Source of the DNA: an uncultured Acidobacteriota bacterium
Lineage (GTDB): Bacteria > Acidobacteriota > Vicinamibacteria > Vicinamibacterales > CAVVIG01
Assembly: GCA_963773035.1 (NCBI GenBank)
Contig: CAVYZX010000026.1
Span: forward strand, 70,151 to 134,150
Length of the DNA stretch: 64,000 nucleotides
Direction: 5' to 3'
The number at the start of each line of letters is the position of its first letter. Position 1 is the stretch's first letter. Below are positions 9,806-19,391 of the stretch, piece by piece. Below the pieces are notes generated by a model, which worked only from the letters and a program-made list of their open reading frames with translations, made no database searches and had not been told where the DNA came from. The translations under genes and the position numbers were made by a program.

Positions 9806-12071
9806 ATGTTCGCGGCTGCACTTCTTGTGTTTTGTGCGTCGGGATTCGCGGCGCTCGTCTATCAGGTGATCTGGCAGCGCCTTCTGACGATCTTTTCCGG
9901 TGCGGATGTTCAGTCGGCCACGCTGGTCGTGGCCGCGTTCATGACCGGACTGGGTTGCGGCAGCCTGGTCGGCGGGCAGGTTGCCGATCGCGTGTCGCGT
10001 CCGGTGAGCCTGATGCTGTTTGTCGCCGCCGAGCTGGCCGTCTGTGCGTTCGGCTTTGCGAGCGACTCTTTCTTCTACGGATTCCTGTATCAACGCGTCG
10101 TTCCGCTCGGCCTCGGCCCGGTGCCGACGAGCGGGATTCTGTTCATGAGTCTCCTCTGGCCCACGTTCTTCATGGGTGCATCGCTGCCGCTCCTCGCGCG
10201 GGCCATGACGCGCCAGATCACCGGAGCGGCGTCGACAATCGGGTGGTTGTACGCTGCCAATACGATGGGGGCGGCGGCCGGAGCGTTTTGCACGAGCTGG
10301 TGGTTTTTTCCGCGAAACGGCCTCGACGGAAGCCTCCGGATTGCTGCCGTCGTCAACATCGGCTGCGCAATTGCGGCCCTTGCGATGACCGTTTCGGCTT
10401 CGCGCGGGGCACGCGACTCAGCCGAAAACGGAAGCAACCGCCAAGCGGCAGTTCCCGAACTGTCGTCATTGCTTCGCTCTGCGTCGCCGACCGCCCCGAA
10501 TCTCACGGTGTGCGCGCTGGTGTTCGCCTTGTCTGGTTTTCTCGCGCTTTCGTTCGAGATCGTCTGGTTCAGACTCCTTGGTGTGATGTTGAAGTCCACG
10601 ACGCTCACGTTCGGGACCCTGCTCGCCATCTACCTGCTCGGTCTTGGAGCTGGCGCTGCGTTGGGGAGCGCCGTCGCCAAACGGATTGGGCGACCTGGCG
10701 GGGTGTTCGCCGGGCTCGTTCTGGGCGCTGGCACCTGGGCGGCGTTGAGCGTCACGCTGCTCGCCGCGCGCCTCAATGAGTGGCCGTTGCTCACGTGGCT
10801 GCCTTCGCCCTACTCCGGCTCCGAAAACATCGACGTCATCAAGGTGTATTTCGTCCTGCCGATGCTGCTCGTTGGCCCGGCAACGGTCCTGATGGGCTGC
10901 AGCTTTCCAATCCTGCAGAAGCTCGCTCAGACCGATCTGGACTACGTGGGTCGTCGCGTCGGCATTCTACTGGCCGCGAACATCGCAGGGAGCACAATTG
11001 GCGCATTCGTCACCGGCTGGATCTTTCTCGACCGGCTCGGCACCGCCGGGACGCTGCGGCTTCTGGTTGTCCTGAGTGGCCTTGTCGCGGCGGCGGCAGC
11101 GTGGTGGTGGACCGGCACGGCCGGCCGGCTCCGAGCTTATCACATACGGTGCCTTCGTCACCGTTGCGGCGGGTGTGGCAGCGGTCGTGCCAAACAGTCG
11201 GAGCCTGTGGGCGACCCTGCACGGTTCGGAGTTGAATCACGTGATCATGGCTGAAGACCGTTCTGGACTCGCGCTGCTGAAGATTGAAGGGCCTTCTCGG
11301 CACGGAAGAGCGACACCGCGTGTCGTCGTGTTCGTCAACGGCCTCGGTCAGAGCTGGCTTCCGTATGGCGGGATTCACACGGTTCTCGGTGCCTTGCCAG
11401 CATTCATTCACCCACACCCCCGGCAGGCGGCCATCATCGGGCTCGGGTCTGGCGACACGTTGTTCGCCATGGCGGGACGCAAGGAGATCGAGCAGATTGT
11501 TTCGATCGAGATCATCCGCCCCCAGCTCACGGCGCTGCGGGAGCTCTCGCAGCTCTACAACTATCCGGGTCTGCTTCCCATTCTCGACCGCACGCGGGTT
11601 CACCACGCATTCGGTGATGGCCGGCAGTTCTTGAGCCGAAGCACCCGGACGTTCGACATCATCGAAGCCGATGCGTTGTACCCGACCGCTGCCTATGCTG
11701 GCAATCTGTACTCGGACGCTTACTTCGAGCTCCTGCGCCGGCGCTTGAATCCAGGTGGCATCGCGGTGAGTTGGGCGCCAACCCCGCGGGTCTTTCGGAC
11801 ATTTCTCAAAGTCTTTCCGTACACCTGGCACTCCGGCGATGTGGTGATGGGCAGCAACGATCCGATCCAAATGGATCGAGCGGCGATCATGGCGCGGTTG
11901 ACCGACTCGAGCACGGACAGCTACTACCGGCGGGCCGGCGTGGAGATCGCTCAGCTGCTTCGCCCGTACGTAGAGGGCCAGTGGAGACGCTTCGGCCCCG
12001 ATCACGACCGGGCGTCGCTCGTCGACGTCAACACCGACATGTACCCGAAGGATGAATTCGCCGTACCGTAG
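9806..12071 (+). pseudogene. Fused polytopic-membrane / spermidine-synthase-like protein, interrupted by an apparent +1 frameshift near 11115-11135 (real pseudogene or assembly indel)
   Basis: ORF 9806..11254 is multi-TM. ORF 11076..12071 has a methyltransferase/spermidine-synthase-like core (IIGLGSGDT, DIIEADA). The two overlap in adjacent frames. The TM-like sequence continues in the second frame (SELITYGAFVTVAAGVAAVV) after a ggccggccgg run. Confidence 0.65.
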
Positions 12072-12167
12072 CGGGAACTATCTTTCCGTGCGGGCGTCAC
12101 TACTGTAGGATGCTCGGCACGCTTCTCCCCGATCCTGGAACCGTAACCTCACGAAAGCGAGGACACT

Positions 12168-12866
12168 ATGAGCTGGTTGCCGTTGGCCCGTCGTTCTTTC
12201 CTCTCACACATTGGCACGGGAGCTTCTGCCGTGTTTGGCGCTGCTCTGGTGGGCGGCCCGGCGCTGCAGGCACAGACCGCCGGAAGTGGACCACGGCAGC
12301 CAAAACGTTACGCTCAGGATGACTGGCTCGACCAGCTGCCCGGTCAGCATCGTCTCCTCCTCGACACCACTACACCCAACGGTCTTGGTAGTGCGCTGTT
12401 GTACGCGAACAACTTTCTGAGAGCCAGCGAGGCGTCCTACGGCCTGAAGGACTCCGATTCGGCCGTGGTCATCGTGGTGCGTCATTTCTCGACCGTGTTC
12501 GCGTACAACGACGCCATCTGGGCGAAGTACGGCGCGGTGATCTCACAACGGATCAACTTCAACGACCCGCAAACCAATCAGCCGCCCAAGATCAACGTCT
12601 ACAACTCAGCTTCGCATGTGGGGGCGCTGCCGAGCCTTGGCAACACGCTGGATGCCGTGCTCAAGCGAGGCGTGCATCTCGCTGTGTGTCAGATGGCGAC
12701 CCGACTGTTCTCCGCGGGGCTCGCGCAGGCAACGGGCGGAACGGCGGAAGCCGTGTACAACGAGGTCGTGGGCAACCTGGTCGCCAACTCCCACATCGTG
12801 CCAGCAGGGATTGTGGCCGTCAGCCGGGCGCAAGAACGGGGATATACGTTCGCCTCGGTGGTGTAA
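12168..12866 (+). CDS. DsrE/DsrF-like (COG1416-like) protein with Tat signal
   Basis: MSWLPLARRSFLSHIGTGASAVFGAAL twin-arginine signal. C-terminal GVHLAVCQMA...VPAGIVAVSRAQERGYTF resembles DsrE-family proteins. Confidence 0.5.
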   Translation: MSWLPLARRSFLSHIGTGASAVFGAALVGGPALQAQTAGSGPRQPKRYAQDDWLDQLPGQHRLLLDTTTPNGLGSALLYANNFLRASEASYGLKDSDSAVVIVVRHFSTVFAYNDAIWAKYGAVISQRINFNDPQTNQPPKINVYNSASHVGALPSLGNTLDAVLKRGVHLAVCQMATRLFSAGLAQATGGTAEAVYNEVVGNLVANSHIVPAGIVAVSRAQERGYTFASVV

Positions 12867-12951
12867 GCGCTGACGCGTGCCACGCAAGCGCGATCTCCGT
12901 CGCAAGAAACCGACTCGTGCGTCGCGCACGGGACGTAGGCGCCTGAAGCCT

Positions 12952-13281
12952 ATGAAAGTGACGGAGAGCTTCCGCCTGTTCGTCCTGGAGCAGCTCGCCG
13001 GCGTCGATCAAATCCACGCACGGGCAATGTTCGGCGGCGTCGGTCTTTACGCCGCCGAGGTCTTCTTCGGCATCCTCGCAGCCGATACGCTCTATTTCAA
13101 AGTGGACGATTCGAACCGATCCGCGTACGAGTCTGCGGGCATGAAAGCGTTCCAGCCGTACGCCGACAGGGCAATGAGCAGGTCGTACTACGAGGTGCCG
13201 GCCGCCGTGATCGAAGATCCGGAACGTCTGACCGCCTGGGCGAGCGCGGCGATTCGTGCGGCAAAAGGCGCAAAGAGTTGA
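12952..13281 (+). CDS. TfoX N-terminal-domain protein
   Basis: MKVTESFRLFVLEQLAG...RAMFGGVGLY...FGILAADTLYFKVDD...YYEVP...EDPERLTAWA matches the TfoX_N pattern. An upstream start at 12877, which adds a basic 25-aa extension, cannot be excluded. Confidence 0.75.
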   Translation: MKVTESFRLFVLEQLAGVDQIHARAMFGGVGLYAAEVFFGILAADTLYFKVDDSNRSAYESAGMKAFQPYADRAMSRSYYEVPAAVIEDPERLTAWASAAIRAAKGAKS

Positions 13282-13286
13282 ATCTT

Positions 13287-13357
13287 GGAACCACAACGGT
13301 CACAAAGAACACAAAGACGTTTGAATTTCTTTGTGATCTTCGTGGTCTTTGTGGTTC
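13287..13357. terminator. Imperfect long hairpin of the 'cacaaag/cacgaag' type just after the TfoX stop (probable terminator or REP relative)
   Basis: ggaaccacaacggtcacaaagaacacaaagac ... ctttgtgatcttcgtggtctttgtggttc inverted arms. No U-tract, so terminator function is inferred from position only. Confidence 0.4.
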
Positions 13358-13446
13358 GTCGAATCACTCTAAGGTGTTGCCATAAGCGGTGCAGCGGACG
13401 TAACCTCGCGCCGTTGTGCCTGGGCATCGGGTCAAAGGAGGCTGAC

Positions 13447-15385
13447 ATGATTCGGTTTCTTCGACAAACTGCCTGGCTGCCGCTCGTGTTCCTGATTGCA
13501 CCTGTCTTCGTCAACGCAGAGGTATCGCGCGTTGACATCACGTCGCGCCGGGACGTGGCCGGCGGACGATCGTTTGGATCGGTGGGCCCGTACCGAGCGG
13601 TTAGCCGGGAAGCTCTATTTCCTCATCGATCCGGCTAACAAGCGAAATCAGGTGATCGCGGATCTCGAGAAAGCGCGAAGGAACAGCGATGGGAAAGTCG
13701 AGATGTCGGCCGACCTGGTGATCTTGCGGCCCCGCGATCTCAGCCGGGGAAACGGTATTGCTCTGTTCGACATCGTAAATCGTGGCGGCACCGTTGCACT
13801 CACCATATTCGACGGGCCCGTGACGAACACACCGGAAGGCGAAGTTGGAGACGGCTTTCTCCTGAACCGCGGCTACACGATCGTGCAGGTCGGCTGGGAG
13901 TTCGATGCGCGGCGTGAAGGCGCGGTTCGAGTTGACTTGCCAGAAGCCGTCGGTGTCAGCGGCCTGGTTCGAGCGACCTTCATCCCCAGCAATCGAAATC
14001 CCACGACCGTTGGCGATCTGGTCGGCTACACGCCGAGCGATCCGGCGTCGCCGCAAAACACCCTGAGGGTCCGCACCAAGCTAGGCGCCGAGTGGGTGAC
14101 GATTCCGCGGGCCACGTGGACGCTGGCCGGGAACACCGTGAGCTTGGAGGGCGGCTTCGAGCCAGGGCAGACCTACGAGCTGGCATATCTCGCCCACGAT
14201 CCGCCGGTAGCCGGCCTGGGATTCGCCGCAGTGAGGGACGCCGCCGCGTGGGTGAAGTATGCCAGTCATGACGCGGCCTCAGCGAAGTACACGATCGCAT
14301 TTGGATCGTCTCAGACCGGCCGCTGGCTGCGGGATTTTCTCTACGAAGGCTTCAACGCAGACGAGCGCAACCGGCAGGTGTTCGACGGCGTGATGCCACA
14401 TCTAGGCGGAGGCGGAGGTGTCGTTCTGAATCAACGCTGGTCGACGCCGACATCGTTGCTGATGGAAACGGCCACGCACTTTCCGTTCTCGGATAAAAAG
14501 CAGCGCGATCCGGTGACAGGCATCGAGGAAGGACTTCTCGAGAACGTCCGTGCTGCAGAGCACCAGCCCAAGATCTTCTACACCTATTCGGACACCGAGT
14601 ATTGGGAACGCAGCGTGGCGCTGACTCACACGACACCCGATGGGTCGAAGGATATCGTGCCGCCGAGCCACGTGCGCCTGTACCACTTTGCCAGCAGCTC
14701 GCACAACATCGGCAGGTTTCCACCGGCACTTACCAACGGCGAAACTCAGGACAATCCGTTCGACTACCGGATTTCGATGCGTGCGTTGATCATGGCCATG
14801 GAAAAGTGGCTGCGCGACGGCACGGCTCCGCCACCCAGTCGTTACCCACGCTTGCAGGATGGCACGTTGGTCCGTGCCACCGACGTGGCGTTTCCGAATC
14901 TTCAAGGCGTAACCTCACCACGAACCGGCTACGCCGGGGTCCGGGGACCAAATCGTTTATTGTCCAGAGACGGCGTCGGCACATCCTTGCCGTATCTCGT
15001 GCCACAGGTCGATCGCGACGGCAACGCCGTCGGCGGCCTTCGGCTGCCGGACGTCACCGTGCCGCTCGCAACCTACACGGGTTGGAGTTTTCGCAACAAG
15101 GGAATCGGCGGCACTGAACAGTTCTTTCCGCTCATTGGCTCCTACGTTCCGTTCGCCACCACGAAAACCGAACGTGAACGAAACAGCGATCCACGTCCTT
15201 CGATTCAGGAGCGGTATCAATCACGCGATCAGTATTTGAAGCTGGTCGAAGAGGCAGCCGCTCCGCTCGTGAAGGCCGGCTATTTGCTGGCGGACGATGT
15301 GCCTACCGTCGTCAAGCGCGCGGGCGCCCAGTGGGACTTGGTGATCCAACCCACGACGACTGCGAGCTCGCGAGCAGAACGATAG
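13447..15385 (+). pseudogene. Exported alpha/beta-hydrolase-like protein (about 640 aa) with an apparent single-C insertion (+1 frameshift) at about 13594
   Basis: ATG at 13447 encodes signal peptide MIRFLRQTAWLPLVFLIAPVFVNA and ...GRSFGSVGPY in frame A. The long ORF 13496..15385 continues as E-RLAGKLYFLIDP in frame B. The sequence tac-c-gag-cgg would read ...GPYERLAGK... if one c were removed. Confidence 0.6.
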
Positions 15386-15552
15386 CGGTGGTTGTGCTAC
15401 TTCCCGCTTGTAGGCGCGTGACGGCAGCGATCTGATAGGCCAACCACTGTGCGCGAGCTGAACCATTGCGTGTGGATTTACTGATGGGTTTCGGAATTGC
15501 TGGCATCGCCTTTGCGGAGATGGAATCCATTAATCACTGATGGAGGAGTTGT

Positions 15553-15777
15553 ATGCCAGTTACACGCGCCATCCTGTCGACAAGCCTCGGAGTAGGTGTT
15601 GGACTGATGTATTTCTTGCACGCCCGGCATGCCCGTCGGCAGGCGAGCATGCGTGGCAAGCTCGCCTACGCAGCCACTCGAAGCTGGAAGGCGATGCGCC
15701 ATGCGGGATACGACCTGGCCGAACGCACTCACCGCACATCCGGCATCGTCGCTCGTCGGCTACGCGCGGCTTCTTGA
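15553..15777 (+). CDS. Small hypothetical membrane-anchored protein (74 aa)
   Basis: Strong GGAGGAG SD 4 nt upstream of the ATG. N-terminal hydrophobic helix (ILSTSLGVGVGLMYFL) followed by a basic tail. I recognise no family. Confidence 0.4.
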   Translation: MPVTRAILSTSLGVGVGLMYFLHARHARRQASMRGKLAYAATRSWKAMRHAGYDLAERTHRTSGIVARRLRAAS

Positions 15778-15972
15778 TGGCGAGTTGATAGCCAGGCGGA
15801 AACGCTAAGCGCCTCAGAGTAGGAGCTTGCGGAAAGAACACAACGATCACCGCAGAGACCGCTGAGCTCGCAGAGGGATCCTCGGGTACAACTCTCGGTG
15901 GGCTCAGCGTCTTCGGCGGTGTCGTTGGACGCGTAGGCCAGCCACCGGCCGTCCCGTTGAGACTCGGCGAAG

Positions 15973-16362
15973 TCAGTCTCTCAGTTTCGCCCCTTTGTCG
16001 AGCAGCAACTCGCGGAGCAGCGAGCGATGACAGCGTGACTGATCAGCGCAGTAACAGCCGACCGAGAAGTTGGTGTGGTGCGAGAGCGCAGCCAGCGTTT
16101 CCAGAACGCGTGCGATGTCCGGAGCCTTCATCTCGGCACGATAGCGCCGGGCGAATGCCTTCCACCCGCGTTCGTCCGCGACCGACAGACCTTCCTTCAG
16201 CAGCGCTTCACTCGGCGCGAGATTCGGCAGCCACACGTCGTAGAAGTTTCTCGATGCGAATTCGCTCTTGGGAACGCCCCGCGGTGGTCTGCGCACCGTG
16301 CCGATGCGAAGTCCTTCGGCAGGCGCCCGCTCGCTACCGAGGCGGACGATGCGAATGCTCAT
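15973..16362 (-). CDS. DUF488 family protein
   Basis: MSIRIVRL...YDVWLPNLAPSEALL...FSVGCYCAD..RCHRSLL is the characteristic DUF488 (YeaO-like) pattern. Confidence 0.85.
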   Translation of the reverse strand: MSIRIVRLGSERAPAEGLRIGTVRRPPRGVPKSEFASRNFYDVWLPNLAPSEALLKEGLSVADERGWKAFARRYRAEMKAPDIARVLETLAALSHHTNFSVGCYCADQSRCHRSLLRELLLDKGAKLRD

Positions 16363-16377
16363 GGAGGAAGACTCTCT

Positions 16378-16442
16378 GAATCAATCGCGAGTGTGGCTTC
16401 CGGGGATGTGGCTTCCGGCTTCAGCCGGAAGATCAATGCGCG
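16378..16442. repeat. REP-like hairpin (family R1, copy 3, with a partial internal duplication)
   Basis: gaatcaatcgcgagtgtggcttccggggatgtggcttccggcttcagccggaagatcaatgcgcg. This is the reverse orientation of copies 2, 4 and 5. Confidence 0.8.
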
Positions 16443-16487
16443 TGGCTCTCTTCCGCCTACGGCATTTTTCAGATCGATGTAGAGACG

Positions 16488-16687
16488 GAACCACGAATCG
16501 ACGAAGACGCGAAGCGTCACGAAGGTTGTGCCACGGAGTCACCGGGCCACAGAGGCGCTCGACACGGACGGCCTGCAAAGCAGGCCGGGTCTCAGACCCA
16601 CGTTTTCTCTGTGACTCGGTGATTCAGTGGCGAAACTGCCTTCGGGCGACTGCTCGTCTTCGTGATATTTCGCGCCTTCGTGGTGGA
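16488..16687. repeat. Nested palindromic intergenic repeat (family R2, copy A, short form)
   Basis: Outer cacgaag-type inverted arms enclose gccacggagtcacc...ccacagaggcgctcgacacggacggcctgcaaagcaggccgggtctc...gtgactcggtg. Homologous to parts of 38851.., 56885.. and 60313... Confidence 0.7.
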
Positions 16688-16794
16688 CAAGTGCCTCGAC
16701 GCTAACACCGAACTGAAAATTGCTCTAAAAGGCGGAAGCCACACGAGAAGAATTCACGCCTTTCGATCGCAGCCCTAAAGGGCTGCGCCACGGA

Positions 16795-17775
16795 TCATCG
16801 AACACCCTTCGCAGCGGCTTCGGCCTTTGCGTCATCCACGCGCGCCCCTCTGAGGATGTTCTCCAACCCGTAGTTCCCTTCCGTGCAGGCGTACTCGTAG
16901 AGCGGACCTTGCATCTGTCTCATCGGGATCTCGGCGCTCCACGATCGCGTCCACGTCGTCGGATCGTCGGCGGTGAATTCGTAGCGAATCGTATCGGCAT
17001 CGACGCGCGTGAACCGCTCGGTCACGTGTAACTTCTCTCCCGACCCCCGGAACGCGGTCTTGTCGGTGTAGTTGACCGTGTCGACAACGAGGGTGTTGCC
17101 CTCCCAATGTCCGCGCGAGTCTCCGATCCATTGATGCAAGTTCGGTCCCAGATGGGGACGTCCATCGAGAGGAATGATCCGGGCGCTATGGATCGTCTCC
17201 GTCATGACGACGACGTAGCCAGGGCTCTGGATGATTTGCAGGTTGGCGTAGTAGACGGCCGGCAGCAGCGGTGGAATGTCGGCGCCCCACGTGAGGCAGC
17301 GCTCGAGCAGCGTGCGGTTCTCCGCGGCGTCGGCCGGATTCCCACGTCGCCTCGCGCGCTCGGCCGCGCGTTTCTGCCCCTCGGGCGTCAGGGGAGGAAT
17401 TCGTCCATCACGCGGGTCGGTAATTAACGAGGTGCGTAAGCCTGAAACGCCCTTCCTGTACGTCTCGGTCTGCCAGATGGCGTCGTCGTAGTGGATATTG
17501 TCTGCGGGTTGACCGAGGAACGCGTCGATCCGCTGCTTTTCATAAGCAGCGGCCTCCTCGGCAGTGAAGAATTCTTTCCCGGCAAACTCGGCCGGGCGCT
17601 CCAGCGGTGTGAACGTCGCGTTGGTCCAATATCCTTGCAGGTCCGGCTGTCCGTCTGGCGTTCGAGTCGGCGTCCAGCTCGACTTCGTCGACGGCGCCTG
17701 ACCGGCGGACTGGGCTCCCGCAAGAGCAACAATGGCGAGGACAACGGCCGGAATGCCGATGAATCGATATGCCAT
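16795..17775 (-). CDS. Exported 'WEGD-motif' family protein, subfamily A
   Basis: Signal peptide MAYRFIGIPAVVLAIVALAGAQ. Motifs TPDGQPDLQGYWTN, ERCLTWG, RIIPLDGRPH, GDSRGHWEGNTLVVDT, LHVTERFTRVD, EYACTEGNY. Confidence 0.85.
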   Translation of the reverse strand: MAYRFIGIPAVVLAIVALAGAQSAGQAPSTKSSWTPTRTPDGQPDLQGYWTNATFTPLERPAEFAGKEFFTAEEAAAYEKQRIDAFLGQPADNIHYDDAIWQTETYRKGVSGLRTSLITDPRDGRIPPLTPEGQKRAAERARRRGNPADAAENRTLLERCLTWGADIPPLLPAVYYANLQIIQSPGYVVVMTETIHSARIIPLDGRPHLGPNLHQWIGDSRGHWEGNTLVVDTVNYTDKTAFRGSGEKLHVTERFTRVDADTIRYEFTADDPTTWTRSWSAEIPMRQMQGPLYEYACTEGNYGLENILRGARVDDAKAEAAAKGVR

Positions 17776-17814
17776 GCCGAAATGATAGCCGAGATGAGGA
17801 GCCAGGGCTCGTTC

Positions 17815-18819
17815 CTACCTCTTCAACGGCGATCGTTCCTCGGCCCGCGCTCCGGACAGTATGGCCGCGATGCCGTAGTTCCCTTCGTGGCACGCATATT
17901 CGAACACCGGACCCACAATCTTCTTCATGGGAATCTCTGCCGACCACGATCTCACCCACGTCGTCGGATCGTCGACGGTGAAGTGATAGAGGAGCGTGTC
18001 CTCGTCAACGCGAGTGAATCGCTCGACGATGTGGAGATTCTCACCGGAGCCTCTGAAATTCGTCCTGTCCGTGAAGTTGGTGGTGTCCACGACCAGCGTG
18101 TCGCCTTCCCACCGGCCGCGCGAGTCTCCCAGCATCTGACGGATGGTCTTGCCGATGTGAGGCCGGCCGTCGAGCGGGATGATTCGCGGGTCGTGAATCA
18201 TCTCGACCACGATGGCGATCGACCCTGGGCTCTGCACAATCTGATAATTGCTGCTGTAGTTGGCCGGCATCATGGGCGGCCCCGCCTGCGGCATGGAGAT
18301 GCAGCGTTCGGCCAGCGATCGATTCTCGGCGCCGTCGAAGGCCCCACCCATCCGCCGGCGCGCCTCAGCACGTTGCGCGCTGTTCCGCTCGCCCTCGGGC
18401 GTCAAGGGCGGCACCCGCCCGTCGCGCGGGTCAACTATCAAAGAAGATCGCCGGGTCGATACAGACTTGCCTCGCTCCCGCCAGAACTCGTTGTACGCGC
18501 GGCCGACGTCGGTTTCGGCCGGACCGTCGCGGCGATCGGCATTCACTTCGGTCACGGCGCGGCGCTCGAATTCATCCGCTTCCGCGTCCGTCAAGAACTC
18601 CTTCCCCGCGAACTCCGCGGGGCGTTCGAGAGGCGTCACCGTGGCGTTGGTCCAGATCCCCTCGAGGCTTGGCCGGCCGTCCGGCGTGCGCGGGAGAACC
18701 CGGGGCCGTGCCGCTGAGGAAGGAGCCTGTGCGACAACCGGCCCAGGCCCGATGCCAACGGCCACACCGACAAACGTCAATGCACCGACTGAGGCGAGAA
18801 TTCCGAGATTCATCTGCAA
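17815..18819 (-). CDS. Exported 'WEGD-motif' family protein, subfamily A
   Basis: Signal peptide. Motifs TPDGRPSLEGIWTN, ERCISMP, RIIPLDGRPH, GDSRGRWEGDTLVVDT, LHIVERFTRVD, EYACHEGNY. Lies 39 nt upstream of its paralog. Confidence 0.85.
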   Translation of the reverse strand: MQMNLGILASVGALTFVGVAVGIGPGPVVAQAPSSAARPRVLPRTPDGRPSLEGIWTNATVTPLERPAEFAGKEFLTDAEADEFERRAVTEVNADRRDGPAETDVGRAYNEFWRERGKSVSTRRSSLIVDPRDGRVPPLTPEGERNSAQRAEARRRMGGAFDGAENRSLAERCISMPQAGPPMMPANYSSNYQIVQSPGSIAIVVEMIHDPRIIPLDGRPHIGKTIRQMLGDSRGRWEGDTLVVDTTNFTDRTNFRGSGENLHIVERFTRVDEDTLLYHFTVDDPTTWVRSWSAEIPMKKIVGPVFEYACHEGNYGIAAILSGARAEERSPLKR

Positions 18820-18835
18820 CCTCCTTCGGGCACAG

Positions 18836-19369
18836 CTAAGGCCTTTGACTCCTCGGTGGTGTAATCCCGTTCAACCGTAGATACACGGCCATCTGACCGT
18901 AAATGTCCCACGTGTGGCCGATGAGAAAGTAGATCACGCGTGCTTTCGATGAAGGCCCCAGATAGGCATTCGTCTGGATGATCTGCATCATTGATTGATC
19001 GGTCTGTTCCTTGATGAGCGCCGAGCCGTAGTCGAACGAGTCGGAGAGCGCCTTGAGGATCTCGGCTTTCGACGTGGCGCCGCGGTTGATGGACGGCGCC
19101 GCGGCTTTTCCGCCGAAGGACTGCAAATACATGATGTTTCCGCCGGCGACGTGCAGGATCTGTTGTCCATAGTCGCGCTGCGCGGGTGTGCTTTTGAACG
19201 CGAACTTCTCTTCGGGCATCGCGTCGGCGATCTTCATCATGATCGCCTTCTGATCGTCCCAGTCCTTCAGCAGTTCCGCGTTCAGGTTTGCCGACTGCCC
19301 GGCAGTCGCGCTTGGCATCGCGAGAAACGAGGCGCCGATGAGGACGAACGTCAGGAGGATCCTTCTCAT
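18836..19369 (-). CDS. DinB-family protein with signal peptide
   Basis: Trimmed to MRRILLTFVLIGASFLAMPSATA. ILHVAGGN... and LIGHTWDIYGQMAVYLRLNG resemble the DinB_2 four-helix-bundle His motifs. Confidence 0.7.
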   Translation of the reverse strand: MRRILLTFVLIGASFLAMPSATAGQSANLNAELLKDWDDQKAIMMKIADAMPEEKFAFKSTPAQRDYGQQILHVAGGNIMYLQSFGGKAAAPSINRGATSKAEILKALSDSFDYGSALIKEQTDQSMMQIIQTNAYLGPSSKARVIYFLIGHTWDIYGQMAVYLRLNGITPPRSQRP

Positions 19370-19391
19370 TGCGTATTCCCTTGGATAGCCG

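Noticed and set aside
15850-15919. Imperfect hairpin ccgcagagaccgctgagc ... ggctcagcgtcttcggcgg, considered as another R2 copy or a terminator
   Set aside because: Only a perfect core of about 7 bp (gctgagc/gctcagc), with loose flanking complementarity and no U-tract. Similarity to R2 is too weak to call.
17491-18717. 408-aa plus-strand ORF spanning two family paralogs. Similar long antisense ORFs occur at 24128-25372, 37091-38833, 41309-43027, 28337-29518, 29869-31233, 51287-52648, 60933-62027 and elsewhere.
   Set aside because: Each of these mirrors a strongly supported gene on the opposite strand, crosses gene boundaries or lacks any motif, and has an Arg/Gly/Asp/His-rich shadow composition.
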